Shown: piece after piece, positions 9,614-18,827 of the stretch
Layout: each line of letters opens with the position of its first letter
Position numbering within the stretch: position 1 is the stretch's first letter
Source: an uncultured Bacteroidota bacterium
Lineage (GTDB): Bacteria; Bacteroidota; Bacteroidia; 2-12-FULL-35-15
Assembly: GCA_903926385.1 (NCBI GenBank)
Contig: CAIYIS010000045.1
Location: 173,569 to 237,568, forward strand
Reading direction: 5' to 3'
Length of the DNA: 64,000 bases
Program-made: the position numbers and the translations under genes
The notes under the pieces: model-generated
Told to the model about the DNA's origin: nothing
Databases searched by the model: none
What the model saw: the letters and a program-made list of their open reading frames with translations, nothing else

Positions 9614-10291
9614 ATGCCGGAAAACCAAGACAAGTTAAAACCAGATAAGTTCTTCCATTTGTATAATCACGGAAACGGAAGTGATAGTATTTTTTTTAAT
9701 GAGGCGAATTATATTTACTTTCTAACTAAGTTCAAGGAGTATATTTCTCCCATTGCTGACACTTATGCCTACTGCTTATTGCCGAATCATTTTCATTTAT
9801 TACTTAAATTTAAAGCGGAAGAAGAGATTTTCAAATTTCTAAAAGAGAATGATAAATTGCCGGATGAGAATATTACATTATCTGAATTCAAAGCATTAAC
9901 TGGGGTGAATATTGAAATAGATTTTTTTGGGTTACATATTAGTAAGCAATTTTCAAATTTATTTAATGGTTATTCGCAGGCAATAAATAAACAGGAAGGA
10001 AGAAAAGGAAGTTTGTTTTCGCGCTCTTTCAAACGAAAAGAAATTGACTCGTCAGAATATCTGAAATCTTTAATTTTGTATATTCATACTAATCCCATTC
10101 ATCATCAGTTTGCCAAAAAAATATCGGATTGGAAGTATAGTTCTTATCAATCCATGATTTCGGATTTGCCGACCAGTTTGAAAAGAAAGGAAGTAGTTGA
10201 GATGTTTAATGATTTAAATAATTTTAAAGTTTGCCATGAGCAGTTTAAAGAAACTTTAATAGCTGAGATGGATGCGGAAATAGAAAAATAG
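9614..10291 (+). mobile_element. REP-associated tyrosine transposase (RAYT; Y1/IS200-like HUH)
   Basis: FHLYNHGN, the HUH motif in AYCLLPNHFHLL, GSLF, catalytic YIHTNP and WKYSSY; flanked by REP palindromes. Confidence 0.9.
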
Positions 10292-10376
10292 ACAATTTAA
10301 ATTATGGCGGGTAACATCCATGTTTAGGATATAACCGGCTTCTGGTGAAATAATATTTTTTAACAGATAACAAATT

Positions 10377-10408
10377 ACCCCTGTCGGGGTTCTAAGCCCA
10401 GACAGGGG
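10377..10408. repeat. REP palindrome copy 3
   Basis: acccctgtcggggttctaagcccagacagggg, with three internal substitutions relative to copy 2. Confidence 0.85.
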
Positions 10409-10425
10409 ATAACAAGAAAAATAAA

Positions 10426-11895
10426 ATGACAAAAAAAACAAAAGAACCTACATTGGATTTTACTACAAACTGGGCGTACGAACCGGCTCCGGAAGACACG
10501 AAACATATTACTTTGAAAAAGCAATATGATTTGTTTATTAATGGTGAGTTTGTAAAGCCAAACAGTAAAAAATATTTTGCCACATACAATCCTGCAACAG
10601 AGGAAAAAATTGCTGAAATAGCAGAGGCTGATGAGAAAGATGTGGACAAGGCGGTGAAAGCTGCCCGCAAAGCATTTGAGAAATGGTCGAAAATTTCTGC
10701 TCAGGAAAGAGGGAAGTATATTTATCGCATAGCACGCCTGATGCAGGAACGTGCGCGTGAGTTTGCTGTTATTGAAACAATGGATGGAGGAAAACCCATT
10801 CGCGAAAGTCGGGATATAGATGTTCCTCTGGCGGCTAATCATTTCTTTTATTATGCAGGTTGGGCAGATAAACTGGAATATGCTTTTCCAGGTCGAACGC
10901 CTAAACCATTAGGGGTAGCCGGACAAATTATTCCCTGGAATTTTCCACTGCTGATGGCGGCCTGGAAAATAGCTCCTGCATTGGCCACAGGAAATACAGT
11001 AGTTCTGAAACCTGCCGAAACTACTTCGCTTACTGCATTAAAACTGGCTGAGTTAATTCGCGACAGTGGCTTGCCCGAAGGTGTTGTAAACATTGTTACC
11101 GGTGCCGGTAAAACAGGAGCAGCTATTGTTAATCATCCGGACATTAATAAAATTGCTTTCACCGGTTCAACGGATGTGGGTAAAATTATTCAGAAAGCGA
11201 TTGCCGGAACAGATAAAAAGTTAACACTTGAATTAGGCGGAAAAGCGGCCAATATTATCTTTGAAGATGCGCCAATAGATCAGGCTGTTGAGGGAATTGT
11301 GAACGGAATATTTTTTAATCAGGGACATGTTTGTTGTGCAGGGTCGCGCTTGTTTGTTCAGGAAAGTGTAGCAGATATTGTGATTCGCAAACTGAAAGAC
11401 AGAATGGAAACACTTATTGTAGGAAACCCTCTGGATAAAAATACCGACATAGGAGCCATCAATTCGAAGGAACAATTATCGAAAATAAATAAATATATCA
11501 AAATAGGAATAGCTGAAGGAGCTGAAATTTATCAGAGTTCATGCGCTATTCCGGGTAAAGGAAATTTTTGTAAACCAACTTTATTTTTAAATGCATCTCA
11601 ATCGCACCGGGTGGTACAGGAAGAAATATTCGGGCCGGTGCTTACAATCCAAACATTCCGCACCATTGAAGAGGTGATTGAAAAAGCAAATAATATTCCT
11701 TATGGTTTATCGGCAGGGGTTTGGACTGACAAGGGTTCTAAGATATTTAACCTGACTTCGAAGTTGAGAGCCGGTGTGGTGTGGGCAAATACGTATAATA
11801 AATTCGACCCTACTTCACCTTTCGGAGGATACAAAGAAAGCGGATTTGGAAGAGAAGGCGGATTGCATGGGCTGATGCCGTATTTGAAATTTTGA
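10426..11895 (+). CDS. Aldehyde dehydrogenase (full length)
   Basis: IIPWNFP, FTGSTDVG, catalytic Glu in LELGGK, catalytic Cys in FNQGHVCCAG, EEIFGPV and PFGGYKESG. Confidence 0.95.
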   Translation: MTKKTKEPTLDFTTNWAYEPAPEDTKHITLKKQYDLFINGEFVKPNSKKYFATYNPATEEKIAEIAEADEKDVDKAVKAARKAFEKWSKISAQERGKYIYRIARLMQERAREFAVIETMDGGKPIRESRDIDVPLAANHFFYYAGWADKLEYAFPGRTPKPLGVAGQIIPWNFPLLMAAWKIAPALATGNTVVLKPAETTSLTALKLAELIRDSGLPEGVVNIVTGAGKTGAAIVNHPDINKIAFTGSTDVGKIIQKAIAGTDKKLTLELGGKAANIIFEDAPIDQAVEGIVNGIFFNQGHVCCAGSRLFVQESVADIVIRKLKDRMETLIVGNPLDKNTDIGAINSKEQLSKINKYIKIGIAEGAEIYQSSCAIPGKGNFCKPTLFLNASQSHRVVQEEIFGPVLTIQTFRTIEEVIEKANNIPYGLSAGVWTDKGSKIFNLTSKLRAGVVWANTYNKFDPTSPFGGYKESGFGREGGLHGLMPYLKF

Positions 11896-11916
11896 TACAT
11901 AAATAAAACTCATATT

Positions 11917-11949
11917 ATCCCTGTCAGGGTGCAGAACACTGACAAGGGT
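11917..11949. repeat. REP palindrome copy 4 (degenerate)
   Basis: atccctgtcagggtgcagaacactgacaagggt, between the two ALDH genes. Confidence 0.75.
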
Positions 11950-11972
11950 GAAACTTAAAATAAATAAAACTT

Positions 11973-12857
11973 ATGGCACGATTAGAAGTTTTGAAAACTT
12001 ACAAGATATTTATCGGTGGACAATTTCCACGAACCGAATCTGGAAGATATTATCCTTTAAAAAATAAAAAAGGAGAAGTGATAGCCAACATTTGTTTGTC
12101 GTCACGCAAAGATTTTAGAAACGCTGTAGTGGCTGCCCGCGGGGTGTTTGGAGGATGGGCAGGGCGTGCGGCATTCAATCGTTCGCAAATTCTTTATCGA
12201 ATAGCTGAGATAATGGAAGGGCGAAAAGAACAATTTATTGCCGAACTTATTTTGCAAGGAGCTGCTTCGAAATCGGCCACAGACGAAGTGATAACTGCCA
12301 TTGACCGCATGGTGTATTATGCCGGCTGGTGCGATAAATATCAGGCTTTGTTTAGTTCTGTTAATCCGGTAGCGTCCTCGCATTTTAATTTTTCTGTGGC
12401 CGAACCTACGGGTGTGGTAGCCGTTATTGCATCCGAAGAAAATTCTTTGCTGGGCTTGGTAACCGCCATAGCTCCGATTATTGCAGGGGGTAACACCTGT
12501 GTGGTGCTTGCTTCCGAAAGCAAACCGTTGTGTTCGGTAACTTTTTCGGAAGTGCTGAACACGTCCGATTTACCGGGAGGAGTGGTTAATATTATGACCG
12601 GCAGTTCGGCTGAGTTGCACACTCATTTTTCATCTCACATGGATGTAAATGCGATGGTTTATTACAGAACAAATAAAGCAGAAGTTAAACTGATTAAAGA
12701 AAATGCTTCGCTGAATGTGAAACGTGTTTTTATTTACGACTCTCAGAACATGGCAACCAATAAAGCCCAAAGCCCTTATTTTATTAACGATTTGCAAGAA
12801 ACAAAAACAACCTGGCACCCTATTGAAAATGTAGGTTCGGCAAAAGGTGGGTATTAA
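11973..12857 (+). CDS. Short aldehyde dehydrogenase-family protein lacking the catalytic domain
   Basis: KTYKIFIGGQFPRTESGR, YYAGWCDK, EPTGVV, LPGGVVNI and KTTWHP are present; ELGGK and the catalytic-Cys segment are absent. Confidence 0.85.
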   Translation: MARLEVLKTYKIFIGGQFPRTESGRYYPLKNKKGEVIANICLSSRKDFRNAVVAARGVFGGWAGRAAFNRSQILYRIAEIMEGRKEQFIAELILQGAASKSATDEVITAIDRMVYYAGWCDKYQALFSSVNPVASSHFNFSVAEPTGVVAVIASEENSLLGLVTAIAPIIAGGNTCVVLASESKPLCSVTFSEVLNTSDLPGGVVNIMTGSSAELHTHFSSHMDVNAMVYYRTNKAEVKLIKENASLNVKRVFIYDSQNMATNKAQSPYFINDLQETKTTWHPIENVGSAKGGY

Positions 12858-12893
12858 TCTATAGTACTAATTTTAATTTGTGCTTATTAAAAT

Positions 12894-12924
12894 GCCTTCG
12901 AACAATTTTGTTCGGAGGCTTTTT
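12894..12924 (+). terminator. Intrinsic terminator of the deoC-ALDH operon
   Basis: gccttcgaacaa-tt-ttgttcggaggc followed by a T-tract. Confidence 0.8.
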
Positions 12925-13216
12925 GGTTCTACAATTCTAGATTCTCTTGCAATTGCGAGCCTATTTCGCCCGTCTTTTTATCTTATGGCGAACCGCGACA
13001 ACCAAAAGTTCTTTTACTTTTCCTTAGTGTTATGCATTGTGGTGAGACACCACTTAATAGTTGCCACGAGTGAAAAACATGCACAAGCAGGCAATAACGT
13101 TCTTTAAAAGTCTTTTAAACAAGAAAAAGGGGGGAGAAGTGAAAAACCGTCATTTGTTAAAGAAATTGAATCTCTTTAACGAGAAAAACAAAATGGGTAA
13201 CAAGCAAAATCGTCAT

Positions 13217-13490
13217 TTGTTCAAATCGTACAATGTCTCGTTAAAATTGTTAATCATTTTAACAAATTGTTTAATCATTTGTTAAAATTGTGCAATGTCT
13301 CGTTCAAATTGTACAATATCTTGTTCAAATCGCACAATGTCTTAAACAAATTGTGCAATGTCTCGTTCAAATCGTTCATCATTTTAACAAATTGTTTAAT
13401 CATTTGTTTAAATGGTATAATGTCTCGTTCAAATTGCACATTGCCTTAAACAAATTGTACAATGTCTTAAACAAATGGTGAAGCATTTTA
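13217..13490. repeat. 21-bp tandem repeat array, about 13 degenerate units
   Basis: Units include ttgttcaaatcgtacaatgtc, tcgttcaaattgtacaatatc and ttaaacaaattgtgcaatgtc, plus two 20-bp units ttaacaaattgtttaatcat. Confidence 0.85.
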
Positions 13491-13789
13491 ACGAGATGGT
13501 GATTTTGGGTGTTAAAAGGAAGAAACATTAGATCAAAAGATTCGAAATCGAACACAAATTTTATTTATTCGTTTACAAAAGAAGACATTATGCGTTTAAA
13601 ATTTAACATGATGCAATGATGCCAGCATTGCCCTCGACTCAGAAATGGGCTTGCATAAACAAATAATTGATAAACTTAAGCAGAAATTAACGGGGCAAAA
13701 TTAAAACACTATGAAACTCGCTGAAAATTTTCCTTCACTCAACCTAATAATTGGTGATTAGCAATTGGTGATTGCCTAAAACCTATTTA

Positions 13790-13861
13790 GAGATTGCTTC
13801 GCTGCGCTCGCAATGACAAACTTAAAACTGAAACTTTGAACTCGGAACTTTAAACTTAAAA
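13790..13861. repeat. REP-like hairpin followed by a 7-bp repeat tract
   Basis: gagattgcttcgctgcgctcgcaatgac (13790-13817), then aaactta aaactga aactttg aactcgg aacttta aacttaa. Confidence 0.65.
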
Positions 13862-13865
13862 TCGG

Positions 13866-15596
13866 CTACCTTACTTTTACACCTTTTTTGTAGGTAACTT
13901 CGTTAATGATGTTTTCGTTTTTGTCGTAAAACACCCATTTGCCGTTTGGTTTGCTTTCTACTCGTCCGGATTTGCTTTTAACTAAGGTGTAAGACGAGGT
14001 GGAGCGTAGTTTGGCATCTTCGCCCCATGAGGCGCAGTCGCCAGCCAATAGGCCGTCTTTAAAGGTTTGTTCCATAGATTTAACGCCTGTGGGATAATAA
14101 TAGGTCCAAAGGCCGTCAAATTTTTCTTCTTTATAAACGCCTTCGCTTTCTTTAATACTATGGTTGGTAAAGGCTATCCAGTGTCCGTCTTTTTTTCCTT
14201 TTTTGTAATTGCCGGTTTCTTTCACTTTTCCCGATTCGTAAAATAGTTTCCAGAGGCCGTCTTTGAGGTCGTCTTTATAAAATCCTTCGTAAATGGGCAT
14301 GGTAGAAGGCAGGAATCCTTTCCAGGAGCCGTCCATTTTCCCGGCTTTAAAGTTTCCTTCGTCTTTCAGCACACCGTCATCGTACCACGATGTCCAGGTG
14401 CCTTCTTCTTTTCCGTCTGCAAATTTACCTTCGTTTAGTTTTTGTCCGTTTTCGTACCAGGTGGTCCAGGTGCCAATTTTTTTGCCTTGGTTATAGCTTC
14501 CTATTTTCCATTTGCTGCCTGTTTTGTAAGAATAATTCCAGAGGCTATCCATTAGGTTGTTTTTGTAATATCCTTCCGACTCTTTGATGCCCGAAGCAAA
14601 CCAATACATCCATTTTCCTGAGCGAAGGTCGTCAGACAGGGTTCCTTCCATTTCTATTTTCCCGGCTTCGTTGTACCATTTCCAGTATCCGTTTTTTTTG
14701 TCATTCACAAAAGGGCCTTCGCTTTTTACTTTTCCGTTTTTAAACCAGTTGGTGCAGTTTCCGTTTTTCTTTCCTTTGGCGTATTCTACTTTGTAGTCTT
14801 TTTCGCCCGACTGAAGGAAATAAGTCCACAGGCCATCCATGCGCCCGTCTTTATAATTGCCTTCGCTTTTCTTTTTACCGCTGTCGTATTGAGTGGTCAT
14901 TTTGCCATTGCCGTTGGTAATAATTTGCACAGCATTTTCGGCCCAGAGGTTCATCAGCAGTACTTCGTCATCCATGTAAAGGAGTTCTTGTTTTGGGTTG
15001 CCGTTTTTGTAATACTCTTTCCAGGTAGCTGTTTCGCGCCCGTGGAGGTAGCGACCTTCGGTTTGCACTTTTCCGTTTTTATGCCAGCCGGTATAGGTTC
15101 CTTCGGCTTTATTGTTAACAAAATCGCCTTCGCTTTCTTTTTGTCCGTTGTCGTAAAAATAAGTCCAGTGACCTGTTTTTTTTCCCGCATTATAGTTCTC
15201 TATGCTTTTGGGTTGGCCGTTTTCGTACCAGGCCAGCCAAGTGCTGTCTTGTTTGTCGTTCTTAAAAAAACTTACCATAGCTTTCTTTCCATTGCTGTAA
15301 TAGTAGTTCCAGGCGCCTTGTTTGTTGCCTAAACTATAGGACTCTTCTATTTTTACTTTTTTGCCGGGATAATAGGTAATGAATTTTCCGTCTTCTTTTC
15401 CACGTGTAAAGTTTCCTTCTTTGGCAATGTCACCGTTTTCGTACCACGACATCGATTTGCCATCCTGCATACCATCTTTGGTTTGTTGTTCGCTTTTTTT
15501 GTGTTTAAATTCTTTGTCCCAGTATTCGGTTACGGGCTGAGCTATCAGGCCGGTGATGAAGCAGGAGAAAAGAAGTAAGAAGATAGATTTTTTCAT
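13866..15596 (-). CDS. Exported MORN-variant (YwqK-like) repeat protein
   Basis: Many G.W..YY.NG.K..EG.Y..GKK repeats. Signal peptide MKKSIFLLLFSCFITGLIA-Q from ATG 15596; the ORF track starts at 15611. Confidence 0.88.
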   Translation of the reverse strand: MKKSIFLLLFSCFITGLIAQPVTEYWDKEFKHKKSEQQTKDGMQDGKSMSWYENGDIAKEGNFTRGKEDGKFITYYPGKKVKIEESYSLGNKQGAWNYYYSNGKKAMVSFFKNDKQDSTWLAWYENGQPKSIENYNAGKKTGHWTYFYDNGQKESEGDFVNNKAEGTYTGWHKNGKVQTEGRYLHGRETATWKEYYKNGNPKQELLYMDDEVLLMNLWAENAVQIITNGNGKMTTQYDSGKKKSEGNYKDGRMDGLWTYFLQSGEKDYKVEYAKGKKNGNCTNWFKNGKVKSEGPFVNDKKNGYWKWYNEAGKIEMEGTLSDDLRSGKWMYWFASGIKESEGYYKNNLMDSLWNYSYKTGSKWKIGSYNQGKKIGTWTTWYENGQKLNEGKFADGKEEGTWTSWYDDGVLKDEGNFKAGKMDGSWKGFLPSTMPIYEGFYKDDLKDGLWKLFYESGKVKETGNYKKGKKDGHWIAFTNHSIKESEGVYKEEKFDGLWTYYYPTGVKSMEQTFKDGLLAGDCASWGEDAKLRSTSSYTLVKSKSGRVESKPNGKWVFYDKNENIINEVTYKKGVKVR

Positions 15597-15652
15597 ATTG
15601 TTTACCATCATGCTGTGCTATTCGAAAGCCGAAACAGCACAAGTAAATTATT

Positions 15653-16660
15653 TTATTTTGTTTCTAACACTTTGAATAATTCGTCCAGTTTAGGAGTAAG
15701 AATAATTTCGGTTCTTCTGTTTTTCTTGCGAGCTTCGGCTGTTTTGGCAGGGTCGATAGGAAAGTTTTCGCCACAGCCGGCAGCCATTAATCGTTTAGGG
15801 TCTACCGATGAATTTTTTGTAATTATTTTAACAATGGAAGTGGCACGCATAACCGATAAATCCCAGTTGTCTTTTATTTCGCCTTTGCCATTCATCGCCA
15901 CATCGTCTGTATGGCCCTCTATAAGTACATTGATGTCTTTGCTTTGCTCCAGCACCTTTGCTACTTTTTTTAAGGCTTCTATTCCTTTTTCTTCAACAGC
16001 GGTGCTTCCCGAAGCAAATAGCAAACTCTCGTCCATGGACACATATACTTTTCCGTTTTTCTGAGAAATGGTTAATCCTTTTCCTTCGAAATTAAACAAC
16101 GCATCCGAAAGTTTTTTCTTCAATTCGTTGCTTGCATCGTCTTTGCTTTTCAATACAGCTTCGAGTTCGGCAACACGTGCTTCACGTTTTTTTAATTCGG
16201 CTGTGGTTTCATCCAAAGTTTTTTTCTGATTGTTGAGTTGTTCAGCCAGCTGTTTCAACTCGTCCTGTTTTTTCAGATATTCTTCCTGAGTCATCTGCAA
16301 TTCTCCTGCAATCTTTTTTGTGTCCTTTATGTTTCCTTCGAGCAGGCGATTGTACTTGGCCAGTAGCTGGTCGTTAATCTCGTTTAGTTTTGCATATTTT
16401 GCATCCGATTGTCGGTAATCGCGCCCCAGAGTAGCAGTGTCTTTTTTGAGCTGAGTTATATCTTTATCATTTTCGTTCATTACTTTTTTTGCTTCTGCCA
16501 GTTTGGAGTCGCATTCGCTGGCCGAAGTTTTGAGAGCAGCCAATTCCGACTCGCAACTTTTACGTTTAGCCTGTTCTTCTTCCATCAGTCGCTGAGGTAC
16601 GCACCCGCACATAGAAGCAGTTAATAACAACACCGAAACAGATTTGAATCCTTTTTTCAT
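15653..16660 (-). CDS. OmpA/MotB-family lipoprotein with long coiled coil
   Basis: Lipobox-like ...MCG-C, a coiled coil, then LLFASGS, IEGHTDD, NWDLSVMRA and NRRTEIIL. Confidence 0.9.
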   Translation of the reverse strand: MKKGFKSVSVLLLTASMCGCVPQRLMEEEQAKRKSCESELAALKTSASECDSKLAEAKKVMNENDKDITQLKKDTATLGRDYRQSDAKYAKLNEINDQLLAKYNRLLEGNIKDTKKIAGELQMTQEEYLKKQDELKQLAEQLNNQKKTLDETTAELKKREARVAELEAVLKSKDDASNELKKKLSDALFNFEGKGLTISQKNGKVYVSMDESLLFASGSTAVEEKGIEALKKVAKVLEQSKDINVLIEGHTDDVAMNGKGEIKDNWDLSVMRATSIVKIITKNSSVDPKRLMAAGCGENFPIDPAKTAEARKKNRRTEIILTPKLDELFKVLETK

Positions 16661-16824
16661 TTTAAATATTTTATAAATTATTACCTCACAAAATTATTGT
16701 TTAAGAATGATGTTTTTTCGTCTCACAACAAAAGTTTATAAACATTCTCTATGTTCATTAGTTTGGGAGTGGGAAAGATATAGCTTAACAACTATCTGCA
16801 AAAGGAAGGAAAGAAAACAGAACA

Positions 16825-16853
16825 AAAAAAACGCCCCCGTGTTAGGAGGCGGT
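16825..16853 (-). terminator. Probable terminator after the M1 peptidase pair
   Basis: Minus-strand hairpin cgcctcc-taacac-gggggcg followed by a T-tract. Confidence 0.55.
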
Positions 16854-16874
16854 TAGTATTATCGGGAAGGTAAA

Positions 16875-18809
16875 TTATTGTTTAATTATTTTCTGAGAAA
16901 AATTAATATCCCCTCCTCTAATTTTAATGAAATAGCTTCCTTTTGCAAGGCGTTCCATAGGAATAGAAGCTGTTGAACTTCCCTGAGAAAACGAATCGTC
17001 ACGAGAATAAATTTTACCACCCAAGACATCGAATAATTCGAAAGTTAATGTTTGTGCTGCTTTTAGCTGTATTTTAAAATTCACGTCCTGTTTTACGGGA
17101 TTAGGAAAAACAGAAATATCGTTAGTAAGAGCCGCTAGTGTAGGAACTCCGGTAACCACATTATTGTTAGATAAAATATGTAAATCGGGGTCAAACTTTA
17201 CACTGTCAACAGTGAAGTTAAGGTTAGCGGTAAACTGTTGTCCGGAAAAAGTATGATTAAACACCACAATGGTATCGTGTCCTACACCTTTGAATTCAAT
17301 CGGAATAGGCAGTTCGTAAAACGAAACAGATGGGTCGCTGGCGGTTTGATTTACCTGCAAGTTCACTGTAGTCCCAATTTGATTCCACAATAACTGATAA
17401 GATGGGAACCCCTGATTATAGTACCATTCATTAAAAAAACTGGTTAGATTTAATCCGCTTGAATTTTCAAGATGAGCTTTCAATTGAGGAGTTTTGGCGT
17501 ACCCTCCGGCCAATAAAGGGTCGTTGAGGTAATTTCTTATTCCCTGAAAAAAAGCATTGTCACCTAATTTCCACCTCAACATGTGAAGTACATACGAACC
17601 TTTGTTGTAAGATAATCTGCCATCAAAAATACGATTCACATTGGTGGTGTCATCACATTTTACTGAGCCGTTGGCAACAGAGGTGATTTGCAGAATACGC
17701 TGTTGCAATTGCCAAACAAAGGTTGGATGAAAGTAGCGCTCTTCAGTTAATGTTTCAAAATAGGTTGCAAAACTCTCGTTGAGCCAGATGTCTTCCCAAC
17801 TGCCGCAGGTAATGTAATCGCCAAACCACTGATGAGCGCATTCGTGTGCCATTAACGAGTGGTTAAATCCAATCAGAAATGTCATTGTTTGATGTTCCAT
17901 TCCTCCGCCCCATCCAAATTCTGCATGGCCATATTTTTCGTTTGCAAATGGATATTGAATGGTTAAGCTATCGTAAAACTGAATGGTATTAATGATGTCG
18001 GGCGTAATAGTAGCGGCATTAGCAGAGTCTTCGGGATAAACATAATTTAATACCTGAAGTGAGCCGCCACCCGCCAGCGGAACATAATTTGAATATTCTG
18101 CATAGTTTGTAACAGCTATGGCCACTAAATAAGCAGCTATCGGATACCGCGTTTTCCAGTGATGTATGCGGTCGGTGCCCGATTGGGTTACTGAAAGCAA
18201 TACACCATTGCTGCCCACTTTGTTTATCTGTGGCGCTGTAACAAAAATATCTAACGAATCTATTTTGTCTACCAAATCTTGTTTGCATGGCCACCAATCT
18301 TTGGCTCCGAAAGGTTCGGATAAAGTCCATATTATGGGTGTGTGAAGAGTGGCATCGTGTGTGGTTTGAACAAAAGAACCAAATCCATTAGAAGGCGGAT
18401 TACCTTTATAAAAAACAGTTACTGAATCGAGCGAATTAAGCGGAATGACAGAGGGAAATGAAATTTGCAAAATATCACCTACATTCTGAATAAATGATAT
18501 AGTTGATGAATGATATTTTACAGAATCTACCCCTAATGCTATAGTAAAATCGAACTGCATTTGATTAAACCCTGCAACAGTTGGTTTAAAATAAGTGGTT
18601 ACTGCACCTTTAATATAGTTAGTGTCCGGTTTTATTTCCCACTCGCATCGGTGATATTTTATATCATAATTGTTGATGACACCTGATGTAATCGATTTGC
18701 TTTTGGCTTCCTGTGCTTTTTGTTCCATAGCAGGAATGTCGTTTACCGTTTGGGCGTTCGAGAAAATAAAACTCAGTGAAAATATAATGCAGGATAGAAT
18801 CTTTTTCAT
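16875..18809 (-). CDS. M1 aminopeptidase with T9SS type-A CTD
   Basis: GGMEHQT, HECAHQWFG...WLNES, YNKG and a CTD beginning VFPNPV. Confidence 0.92.
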   Translation of the reverse strand: MKKILSCIIFSLSFIFSNAQTVNDIPAMEQKAQEAKSKSITSGVINNYDIKYHRCEWEIKPDTNYIKGAVTTYFKPTVAGFNQMQFDFTIALGVDSVKYHSSTISFIQNVGDILQISFPSVIPLNSLDSVTVFYKGNPPSNGFGSFVQTTHDATLHTPIIWTLSEPFGAKDWWPCKQDLVDKIDSLDIFVTAPQINKVGSNGVLLSVTQSGTDRIHHWKTRYPIAAYLVAIAVTNYAEYSNYVPLAGGGSLQVLNYVYPEDSANAATITPDIINTIQFYDSLTIQYPFANEKYGHAEFGWGGGMEHQTMTFLIGFNHSLMAHECAHQWFGDYITCGSWEDIWLNESFATYFETLTEERYFHPTFVWQLQQRILQITSVANGSVKCDDTTNVNRIFDGRLSYNKGSYVLHMLRWKLGDNAFFQGIRNYLNDPLLAGGYAKTPQLKAHLENSSGLNLTSFFNEWYYNQGFPSYQLLWNQIGTTVNLQVNQTASDPSVSFYELPIPIEFKGVGHDTIVVFNHTFSGQQFTANLNFTVDSVKFDPDLHILSNNNVVTGVPTLAALTNDISVFPNPVKQDVNFKIQLKAAQTLTFELFDVLGGKIYSRDDSFSQGSSTASIPMERLAKGSYFIKIRGGDINFSQKIIKQ

Positions 18810-18827
18810 TTTTAAAAGTATTAAGTG

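Noticed and set aside
12880-13481. Four short + strand ORFs
   Set aside because: They overlap a terminator and the 21-bp array in different frames and are low complexity.
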